From Candidatus Aenigmatarchaeota archaeon (GTDB lineage Archaea > EX4484-52), in contig JAGLPV010000004.1 of assembly GCA_023137195.1 (NCBI GenBank), positions 1 to 17,300 on the forward strand: a stretch of 17,300 nucleotides of DNA. Reading direction: 5' to 3'. The notes under the pieces are model-generated. The model worked only from the letters and a program-made list of their open reading frames with translations. It was not told the origin of the DNA and searched no databases. The position numbers and the translations under genes were made by a program. This document shows positions 1 to 7,840 of this stretch, one piece after another; the stretch's first letter is position 1; every line of letters starts with the position of its first letter.

Positions 1-1
1 A

Positions 2-1003
2 GGAAGAAAACAAGATGAAGACTATGCTAAACTGGATTCAGACGGAATTATTTCTCCGGGTCAGCACGTTGACACAGAAGATATATTGGTAGCAAAATCA
101 TCGCCACTTAGATTTGTGGATACTGAAAAAGAAATACATATGGGTATCAGCAACATGCATGATAATTCAGTAAAAACTTCAAGAAATGAACCGGGCACAA
201 TAGAACAGGTTCTTATTACATCAACAGAAGAAGGAGAAGCTCTTGTAAAAGTAGGTGTGAGAGAACACAAAATACCCGAAATAGGAGACAAATTCGCAAC
301 CAGGCACGGGCAGAAAAGTGTCGTAGGTATGATTGTTCCTGAAGAAGATATGCCAACCACGGCAGACGGCAGGACACCAGACATTATATTTAATCCACAC
401 GCAATCCCATCACGTATGACTGTAGGTCAGATAATGGAAATTATTGCCGGCAAATACGGCGCATTGATTGGAGAAAAAATAGATGCAACTGTATTCGGAA
501 GCAAAAAAGAAAAAATAGTAAGCGGACTCGAAAAATTAGGATTCAATAATAACGGGAAAGAAACACTCTATGATGGAAGAACGGGTAAAAAAATAGAATC
601 TGAAATTCTCATGGGCGTCTGCTTTTACCAGCGACTTTACCAGTTGTCATCTCATAAATTATATTCAAGATCAAAAGGACCGGTCACTCTACTTACAAGA
701 CAACCAACAGAAGGAAGAAGTAAGGGCGGCGGTCTAAGACTGGGAGAAATGGAAAAAGACTGTATACTTGCACACGGAGCGGCAATCTCTCTACACGAGA
801 GATTCAGTTGCGACCACCAGAAAGTAAAAATATGTAATAAATGCGGAGTGATTGCAATAATGGACACTGAGAAAGGAAAATATCACTGCCCTATCTGCAT
901 GAAAAACGACATAGGTGAAATAAAAATACCGTCTGCTTTCAAATTATTGATAGATGAAATGATTTCAATGATGATATACCCTAAAATAATAATAAATGAT
1001 TAA
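2..1003 (+). CDS. rpoB: DNA-directed RNA polymerase subunit B (Rpo2), C-terminal part, 5'-truncated by the window edge
   Basis: The frame is open from position 2 (GRKQDEDYAKLDSDGIISPG...), so the track start at 86 is internal. Motifs: GDKFATRHGQK, EDMP..DG.TPDIIFNPHAIPSRMTVGQ, LTRQPTEGRSKGGGLRLGEME and a C-terminal CxxC...CxxC zinc ribbon. Confidence 0.97.
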   Translation, partial: GRKQDEDYAKLDSDGIISPGQHVDTEDILVAKSSPLRFVDTEKEIHMGISNMHDNSVKTSRNEPGTIEQVLITSTEEGEALVKVGVREHKIPEIGDKFATRHGQKSVVGMIVPEEDMPTTADGRTPDIIFNPHAIPSRMTVGQIMEIIAGKYGALIGEKIDATVFGSKKEKIVSGLEKLGFNNNGKETLYDGRTGKKIESEILMGVCFYQRLYQLSSHKLYSRSKGPVTLLTRQPTEGRSKGGGLRLGEMEKDCILAHGAAISLHERFSCDHQKVKICNKCGVIAIMDTEKGKYHCPICMKNDIGEIKIPSAFKLLIDEMISMMIYPKIIIND

Positions 1004-1015
1004 TCAGGTAATAAT

Positions 1016-4000
1016 ATGAGTAAAATAAAAAGAATTGATTTTGGTTTAATAGCTCCTTCGGTTGTAAGAAAACTTGCAGTCATAGAAATTACATCTCCGG
1101 ACGTATATGATACAGACGCACTTCCTGTAGAAGGAGGGATAATGGATTTGCGACTGGGTGTTGTAGATCCCGGCTCAAGATGCAAAACATGCTTTGGCAA
1201 GTTGGATACCTGCACAGGACACTTCGGATATATTACTCTTGCAAAACCCATAATAAATGTACTCTACATCAACTATATCAAAAAAATATTACAGGCAACA
1301 TGCCATAAATGCGGCGCATTGTTACTGGGCGAAAATGAAATCAAAAAAATGGAGGATGATGAAACTGAAAATTTCATAAGCATCAAATTAACAACTACAA
1401 AAAAATGCCCTAAATGCGATGAAGAGGTAGAAAAACTAAAACTCGAAAAACCACATACCTTTAAATACGGGAAAAAAATACTAAATCCTTTGGAAGTAAA
1501 AGAACACATGGATCGAATCAGTGACGAAGATTTAGAAAAAGTAGGATTTAAAGGAGGCAGACCCGAATGGATGGTTCTCACTCTTTTCTTAATACCACCC
1601 ATTTCTTCAAGACCCTCTATCATGCTTGAAAACGGGGACCGAAGTGAAGACGATCTTACTCACAAACTCGTGGACATCATAAGAATCAACGAGAGATTGA
1701 AAGAAAATGTAAATATTGAAACACCATCCTTTATTATTGATGACCTATGGGAACTCCTGCAATACCACGTAACAACTTATTTTAACAATGAACTAACAAA
1801 CATTCCTCCGGCAAGACACAAATCCGGAAGACTACTGAAGACATTATCTTCGCGTCTTAAAACAAAAGAAGGAAGATTCAGACTAAACCTTACAGGAAAA
1901 AGAGTAAATTATTCCTCTCGTGGTGTAATTTCACCGGATCCACAGATACATGTCAATGAAGTAGGCGTACCAATAAGTGTCGCCCAGGAATTGACTATCC
2001 CTGAAGTAGTAAATGAAAAGAACAAGGAATTTCTTTCCGGTCTTATAAAAAATACAGGCAATTATCCTACTGCTCAATATGTCGTCAGCGATGGATTAAG
2101 AAAAAAAGTAATGGAAAGCAACGCAGAATATATCTCAGATGAATTAAAAAATGGCGATATTGTAGAGAGGCAAATGATTGACGGAGATATTGTATTATTT
2201 AACAGGCAACCATCCCTTCACAGGATGTCCATAATGGCACACTATGCAAAAGTCATGCCGGGGCATACATTCAGACTAAATTTATGCGTATGTAAGCCAT
2301 ACAACGCTGACTTTGACGGTGATGAAATGAATCTTCACCTGATGCAGACCGCAGAAGCAAGAGCAGAAGCAAAAAAGCTTATGCTCGTGGAAGCAAACAT
2401 GCGTTCCCCTAAAGCCGGAGCCCCGGTTATGGGATGCGACCAGGACTACATCTCCGGAGCATATATGCTAACCAGAAATAACACAATTCTCACAAAAAAA
2501 GAAACAGCAAAAATATTAGCAGCAGCAGATATTTACATGGAGTTAGACAAAGAAAAATACACAGGTAAAGAACTATTCAGCTTTCTTATCCCGGACAACA
2601 TAGATATAACCTATGAAACAGACATCTGTTCAATCTGTGAATTAAACGAAAAATCAGACTGCAAACACGACTACAATGTCATCATAAAAAAAGGTAAATT
2701 ATTACAGGGTGTAATTGAAAGCAAGGGTCTGGCATCCTTTAAAGGAAGACTACTAAACCAGATAGATATGATGTGCGGACACAAAGCAGCTGTTGATTTT
2801 TTATATGATATTACAAGAGTCATTGTAGAATTTATGCTTCTTAAAGGATTTTCTATATCAATAGACGATGTCTCTATCTCAAAACAGGCAAAACTCAAAA
2901 TAAACAACGAACTAAACGCCATGGGAGAAAAAGCAGAGGAATACATAGATAGTTACCAAAAAGGAAAAATCAAGGGAAAATATGGGCTTAAACCAAAAGA
3001 ACTCCTTGAAGGAAAAGTCATAAAAGAAATAAGTGATACAACTTCAAAGACACAAAAAATCATAGAAGCAGATGCTGGAGAAAACGGAGCAACAATAATG
3101 GCAAGAACCGGAGCAAGAGGAAGCCTACAGAATCTTATATATATGAGTGCTTTCCTTGGTCAGGAACTGGTCCGGGGGAAAAGAATATTCCGTGGATATG
3201 AAGACAGAACTCTATCTTTCTTTGAAAAAAATGATTTAGGATTAACAGCTCATGGCTTTGACAGAAACTCACTAAGTGATGGAATATCCTACACAAACTT
3301 CTTCTTTGAAATTATGAAAGGAAGAGAAGGACTGATGGACTCTTCCCTAAAAACAAAAGTCAGTGGATACATGCAAAGGCGTCTTGTCAATGCACTTCAG
3401 GATTTTATTGTAGATAAAGACAAAAAAGTAGTTGGAGCAGACGGTGAAATTGTACAATTCCTTGCCGGCGAAGATGGAATAGACCCATCAAAAAGTAATT
3501 TTGGAAAACCTTTCGAAAACAGGAAAGATTCTGAATATGAAGCAGGCGAAGCAATAGGAATTGTATCATCACAGTCCATCTCAGAACCGGCAACACAGAC
3601 AACACTAAGATCATACCATGCTGAAGGTCGACTGACACTTACAACAACAAAAGGACTCCCAAGAATTCTGGAACTAATTGACGGAAGAAAAGAGCCGACA
3701 ACACCTGCCATGAACATCTATTTGACAAAAGAATTCGACAATGAAAAAGGAGCATACTTGATTGCATCAAAAATAAAGGAAATCAAGCTCATTGATGTAT
3801 TAAAAGAAGACACAATCAATGCTTTTGACTTAAACGTTGAAATAAAAATAGATAAAAAAATAGCAGACTCGTTCTCCATAAAAACACCGGATATCCTGGA
3901 AGCTATAAAAAAAGCAGACAAAACAATAATTTGCGTTGCAAAAGAGGATAAAATCATAGTGTCCTTCAAAAAAGAAAATAAAACAATACAAGACCTCCAT

Positions 4001-4519
4001 GAATTGAGAGTAAAATTAAGAGACTCTTATGTTGGCGGAATTAAATCCATAAAACAGGTAATTATTGAAGAAGAAGAAAAGACATGGATAATAAAAACAC
4101 TTGGATCCAACTTAAGAAAAGTCCTGAAAATAAAAGGAGTTGATCCCACAAGAACTATTTCAAACAATATTTTCGAAGTTGAAAGGGTTCTCGGAATAGA
4201 GGCAGCAAGACAGAGCATCATCAACGAAATCTGGTCAACTATGAAAGAACAGGGTGTGCAGACAAACATAAGGCACCTTCTCCTTGTAGCTGATTGTATG
4301 ACGGCAACAGGCACAATAAAATCAATTGGAAGAGCAGGAATATCTGGCGCAAAAAATTCTGTTTTGGCGCGTGCAAACTTTGAAGAAACTGTAAAGAACC
4401 TAACAAAAGCAAGTGTATGTGGAGAAGCAGAAAAGTTCGGAGGAATTGTTGAAAACCTAATTGTCGGCTCCGTTGTACCTGTGGGAACTGCTAAAGTCAA
4501 ATTAAAGATGAAAGAATAA
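1016..4519 (+). CDS. rpoA: DNA-directed RNA polymerase largest subunit, fused A'+A'' (Rpo1), 1167 aa
   Basis: Clamp Zn sites (CKTC..C..H, CHKC..CPKC), RSEDDLTHKL, GKRVN, FNRQPSLHRMS, catalytic NADFDGD (2303-2323) and bridge helix GREGL..SGYMQRRL. A''-type motifs follow in the same frame (GEAIG..QSISEP.TQ, GLPR, LGIEAAR, RHLLLVAD, LARANFEET). SD-like AGGT at 1006-1009. Confidence 0.97.
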   Translation: MSKIKRIDFGLIAPSVVRKLAVIEITSPDVYDTDALPVEGGIMDLRLGVVDPGSRCKTCFGKLDTCTGHFGYITLAKPIINVLYINYIKKILQATCHKCGALLLGENEIKKMEDDETENFISIKLTTTKKCPKCDEEVEKLKLEKPHTFKYGKKILNPLEVKEHMDRISDEDLEKVGFKGGRPEWMVLTLFLIPPISSRPSIMLENGDRSEDDLTHKLVDIIRINERLKENVNIETPSFIIDDLWELLQYHVTTYFNNELTNIPPARHKSGRLLKTLSSRLKTKEGRFRLNLTGKRVNYSSRGVISPDPQIHVNEVGVPISVAQELTIPEVVNEKNKEFLSGLIKNTGNYPTAQYVVSDGLRKKVMESNAEYISDELKNGDIVERQMIDGDIVLFNRQPSLHRMSIMAHYAKVMPGHTFRLNLCVCKPYNADFDGDEMNLHLMQTAEARAEAKKLMLVEANMRSPKAGAPVMGCDQDYISGAYMLTRNNTILTKKETAKILAAADIYMELDKEKYTGKELFSFLIPDNIDITYETDICSICELNEKSDCKHDYNVIIKKGKLLQGVIESKGLASFKGRLLNQIDMMCGHKAAVDFLYDITRVIVEFMLLKGFSISIDDVSISKQAKLKINNELNAMGEKAEEYIDSYQKGKIKGKYGLKPKELLEGKVIKEISDTTSKTQKIIEADAGENGATIMARTGARGSLQNLIYMSAFLGQELVRGKRIFRGYEDRTLSFFEKNDLGLTAHGFDRNSLSDGISYTNFFFEIMKGREGLMDSSLKTKVSGYMQRRLVNALQDFIVDKDKKVVGADGEIVQFLAGEDGIDPSKSNFGKPFENRKDSEYEAGEAIGIVSSQSISEPATQTTLRSYHAEGRLTLTTTKGLPRILELIDGRKEPTTPAMNIYLTKEFDNEKGAYLIASKIKEIKLIDVLKEDTINAFDLNVEIKIDKKIADSFSIKTPDILEAIKKADKTIICVAKEDKIIVSFKKENKTIQDLHELRVKLRDSYVGGIKSIKQVIIEEEEKTWIIKTLGSNLRKVLKIKGVDPTRTISNNIFEVERVLGIEAARQSIINEIWSTMKEQGVQTNIRHLLLVADCMTATGTIKSIGRAGISGAKNSVLARANFEETVKNLTKASVCGEAEKFGGIVENLIVGSVVPVGTAKVKLKMKE

Positions 4520-4584
4520 TTAATTTGACCATCAACCAAAATCTTCCTATATGTTCTGTGGAAATACAAGAAGAGAGATATTCT

Positions 4585-4592
4585 TTTTTAAA
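4585..4592 (+). promoter_or_regulatory. Putative TATA box for the DP1 gene
   Basis: TTTTTAAA ends about 20 nt before ATG 4613, the spacing expected for a leaderless archaeal transcript. Confidence 0.45.
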
Positions 4593-4612
4593 CTTGCATC
4601 TCATATCAAATA

Positions 4613-6103
4613 ATGACCAGGGATAAAATCTCAAATGCAAAAGAATTTCTATCTGCCCTCATCAGCAAAGGACTTCTAATTGAACCGGCAACTTTTGAGT
4701 CAATAAAAGAAATGTTCCAAAACAAAGCCAATATTGCCTGCCTTGTCGCAGAATCAATATGTAACGATTCATCAGACGAAATCAACTCTAATACAATAAA
4801 AGAAAAAATCAAATTTTTCGAGGACCAGGAAAAAACAAAACAAAAAGTCACAATAAAAAAAACAATCAAAAAAACAAGAAAAGACTACGATGCACAGGTA
4901 AAAATCAGGAAAATCAAAGAAAACACAGCTAAAAAAAATACAACTTTATTTTGCGACTACTTTCTAAGCAGGTATGAAAAAATAAAAAAAATCCTGGTGA
5001 GGCATCTTGATCTGACAAATCTCGTCTCTATCAACAACCTAAATTCCTCGAAAAGAAACGGGGATATCTCAATCATAGCCATAGTAAAAGACAAGATAGA
5101 AGCAAAAACAGGAACAATTCTGCTGGATGTAGAAGACAAGACCGGAGCTGTTCGCGTATTCGTAAAAGAAGCGGACTTGTGTCAAAACATAATCAATGAT
5201 GAAGTGATTGGCATACAGGGAAACCATTTCAGTGGCGGAATCATTGCAAAAAAAATTATTTTTCCGGAAATCCCTTTCCCACAGGAAGTAAACAAAATAG
5301 AAGAACCACTAAAAGCTGTTTTCATAAGCGACGTGCACCTGGGCAGTAAAGAATACTTAAAACTCGTCGAAGAAAAATTTCTCAAATGGATTAACAAAGA
5401 CAGCCAGACACAAGATGTAAAATACCTCTTTATTTCAGGCGACAACGTAGATGGAGTAGGCATCTACCCAAGCCAGAAAGAAGACCTGGAAATAAATGAT
5501 ATTTACGAACAATATGCTGAATTTGAAAGATTCATTGAAAAAATACCCGAAGAAATAGAAATCATGATTTGCCCGGGAAACCACGATGCAGTTATGCAGT
5601 TTGAACCGCAGTTTGCCCTGGATAAAGTCTATGTCCCAAATCTAGTGAACCGCTCAAATGTCCATCTCGTAAAAAACCCGGAATACATCTACCTCCACAA
5701 CAACGATGACAGCAATGGTCTGAAGGTTTTAATGTATCACGGCTATAGCTTCACAAGTATAATTGACGTAATCCCGGAATTAAGAAAACACGGTCTTTCC
5801 CACCCCGAATACGTCATGACAGAGGTCCTAAGAAAAAGGCATGTCGCTCCATTGTACGGAGCAAGCATCGTAGCACCTGCAACAGAAGATTACCTCGTAA
5901 TGGATGAAATCCCTGACATTTTCCAGACAGGTGATTTGCACAGCCATTGCCTCAAAAATTACAAAGGAACAACTCTTATTTCATCAAGCACATTCCAGGG
6001 ACAGACTAGTTTCATGGACAGGGTGGGTCACATAGCAAACCCGGGAAAAGTGTCTATGGTTGATTTACATACAAGAGAGTGTTTTATCAAGAATTTTATG
6101 TAA
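4613..6103 (+). CDS. polB: DNA polymerase D small subunit DP1 (OB fold + calcineurin-like 3'-5' exonuclease)
   Basis: OB region (LDVEDKTG..DEVIGI.G) and phosphoesterase motifs SDVHLGS, GDNVDGVGIYPSQ, PGNHDA..EPQ, YHG, RHVAPLYG, PDIFQTGDLH, STFQGQTSF. Confidence 0.95.
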   Translation: MTRDKISNAKEFLSALISKGLLIEPATFESIKEMFQNKANIACLVAESICNDSSDEINSNTIKEKIKFFEDQEKTKQKVTIKKTIKKTRKDYDAQVKIRKIKENTAKKNTTLFCDYFLSRYEKIKKILVRHLDLTNLVSINNLNSSKRNGDISIIAIVKDKIEAKTGTILLDVEDKTGAVRVFVKEADLCQNIINDEVIGIQGNHFSGGIIAKKIIFPEIPFPQEVNKIEEPLKAVFISDVHLGSKEYLKLVEEKFLKWINKDSQTQDVKYLFISGDNVDGVGIYPSQKEDLEINDIYEQYAEFERFIEKIPEEIEIMICPGNHDAVMQFEPQFALDKVYVPNLVNRSNVHLVKNPEYIYLHNNDDSNGLKVLMYHGYSFTSIIDVIPELRKHGLSHPEYVMTEVLRKRHVAPLYGASIVAPATEDYLVMDEIPDIFQTGDLHSHCLKNYKGTTLISSSTFQGQTSFMDRVGHIANPGKVSMVDLHTRECFIKNFM

Positions 6104-6126
6104 AATAATTTTCATAATAGACGATA

Positions 6127-6164
6127 GAAAAATTTATATAGATAATACCAATAAATAGTATTAT
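6127..6164 (+). promoter_or_regulatory. BRE/TATA promoter with a downstream palindromic operator candidate for the abiE operon
   Basis: GAAAAA-TTTATATA (6127-6140), then ATAATAC-N9-GTATTAT (6142-6164), which abuts ATG 6165. Confidence 0.6.
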
Positions 6165-6944
6165 ATGGAAAAAAATATATACTTATCAAAAAAAGAACAG
6201 GAAGTTTTCAATGTCTTAAGAGACCTAAAAAACCCTGTTATTGAACACGACCAGCTAAAAGATGTTTTCCAACATAATAAATATTTAAACAAAACAATCA
6301 GTAGTCTTATAAGAAAAAAATATTTTTTAAAAATAAAAAAAGGACTGTATTTGATACAAAAAGAGCCGTCAGATAAAATAAACATAGATGATATATATGC
6401 TATTGCACTGAGAATTAAAAAAGGATATTTTGCTTTTTCAACAGCCCTGCGATTGCATAATCTTATGGAATACGAACCATTTACTATCTACATTGCAACA
6501 AGCCATAAGCCGGAAGAAATCAAAATAAGCAATTACCTGATAAAAGCAGTTAACTACACCAAAATAGGCAATATAACAACCATCAATAAATATCCTGTTT
6601 CAACAAAAGAAAAGACCTTTTTTGACTGCTTCAATAAGCCACAATACTGCGGTGGCTTTTACCAGATAACTAATGCTCTCTACAGCACCAGAATAAACTG
6701 GAAAATCCTTTTAACTTATTTCAAAAAACATGCCTCAAATGTCCTATGCCAGAAAACAGGCTATATTCTGGAGCAGATGAAAGAAAAAACAAATTATGAA
6801 ATTCCCAATTATGTAATCAATTATTTGAAAACAAGAATAAAAAATAAGGTCTATCTAATCGCAGGACAAAAAGGAGGCAAATATAATAAAGAATGGAAAT
6901 TAACGGATAATGACCGAAATTTCTTAAAATGGTATTATGGCTGA
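6165..6944 (+). CDS. abiEi: AbiEi-family type IV antitoxin / transcriptional regulator
   Basis: N-terminal winged-HTH-like segment (ISSLIRKKYFLKIKKGLY), GYFAFSTALRLHNL, and STKEKTFFDC..KPQYCGG. It overlaps the downstream nucleotidyltransferase gene by 8 nt (ATGGCTGA). Confidence 0.85.
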   Translation: MEKNIYLSKKEQEVFNVLRDLKNPVIEHDQLKDVFQHNKYLNKTISSLIRKKYFLKIKKGLYLIQKEPSDKINIDDIYAIALRIKKGYFAFSTALRLHNLMEYEPFTIYIATSHKPEEIKISNYLIKAVNYTKIGNITTINKYPVSTKEKTFFDCFNKPQYCGGFYQITNALYSTRINWKILLTYFKKHASNVLCQKTGYILEQMKEKTNYEIPNYVINYLKTRIKNKVYLIAGQKGGKYNKEWKLTDNDRNFLKWYYG

Positions 6945-7740
6945 TTTAAAATATTTACGATATAAATCCCTGGAAACCGGCTTTGGCTTAAATTACATAT
7001 CTAAAGAAGAAAAACTGTCTTTACTTCTATACGATTTATCGACCCTCTTAACTGACAAATTCATAATAAAAGGCGGAACTGCCCTAAATCGCGCTTATCT
7101 AATAAATAAAGGACTCTCCAGATTTTCTGAAGACATAGACATAGATTATATTGCAGAAAAAAAATTTGATGAAAAAATAAAAGATACAGCCAAAATCATG
7201 GATAAAATCAAATCATTTGATGTCGCAAAATCAAGACTTATGAATAAAACGCTCCGGTACGATTGCTATTACATCAATGAATTAAACCATAAAGACAGGA
7301 TTCAGGTTGAGTTCTATTTAGCCCACGATAAAATTATCTGTCAGCAACAGCCAGGGAAAAAAACATTGAAATCCTCTTTTATAGAATCGCAACTTGCGTA
7401 CTTAAGAGTTTATTCCTTCGAGGATCTATTCGCAAGGAAAATAATTGCCTGTTTAAATAGGATGGAAGGAAAAGACATTTACGACTTGTTTTACTGTTTC
7501 GAAGTTAATTTCGACAAAAAGACATTAAAAAAAGCAATTGTCAAAATAGCAGAATTTTATGGATTGCCCGGCAATGCAAAAGAAATAATAATAAAACTAA
7601 TCCAAAAATTAAATTCTGTTGAAAACCAGTATTATATCGGAACTTCAACAAATCATTTTATCCCGCGAAATTTAAGACCAGACTGGAAAATAATAATTAT
7701 TTCATTAGCAGACAAGCTAAAGTTAAATTTATTATTGTAA
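6937..7740 (+). CDS. abiEii: AbiEii-family (DUF1814) nucleotidyltransferase toxin
   Basis: Signature KGGTAL...RFSEDIDI, then EDLFARKI.A..NR..GKDIYDL. Translationally coupled to the upstream antitoxin gene. Confidence 0.9.
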   Translation: MADLKYLRYKSLETGFGLNYISKEEKLSLLLYDLSTLLTDKFIIKGGTALNRAYLINKGLSRFSEDIDIDYIAEKKFDEKIKDTAKIMDKIKSFDVAKSRLMNKTLRYDCYYINELNHKDRIQVEFYLAHDKIICQQQPGKKTLKSSFIESQLAYLRVYSFEDLFARKIIACLNRMEGKDIYDLFYCFEVNFDKKTLKKAIVKIAEFYGLPGNAKEIIIKLIQKLNSVENQYYIGTSTNHFIPRNLRPDWKIIIISLADKLKLNLLL

Positions 7741-7776
7741 ATAAACCGTAACATTTCAATAGAAAGCTTATTTACA

Positions 7777-7810
7777 ACATGAAAATTTTTTCGTGTTTTT
7801 CGTCAAAAAA
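7777..7810. terminator. Possible terminator region between the convergent abiEii and rps15 genes
   Basis: Short imperfect hairpin ACATGAAA/TTTCGTGT (7777-7796) followed by a T-run, with an A-run (T-run on the minus strand) at 7805-7811. Confidence 0.3.
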
Positions 7811-7840
7811 ATTTGCTTGTAATAAAAATATAAAACCAGT

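Noticed and set aside
2-4519. Viral (giant virus or jumbo phage) or eukaryotic origin of the unsplit, divergent RNAP
   Set aside because: The motifs are archaeal-type, there is no foot domain or CTD, and the neighbours include archaeal rps15, DP1 and nfo.
61-5463. Many minus-strand ORFs of 60-180 aa opposite rpoB, rpoA and DP1
   Set aside because: Antisense shadows of well-supported genes, rich in Ser/Phe/Ile, with no recognisable motifs.
1016-6103. Inteins or pseudogenisation in rpoA or DP1
   Set aside because: Lengths are normal or short, the frames are uninterrupted, and I saw no intein-like insertions or LAGLIDADG motifs.
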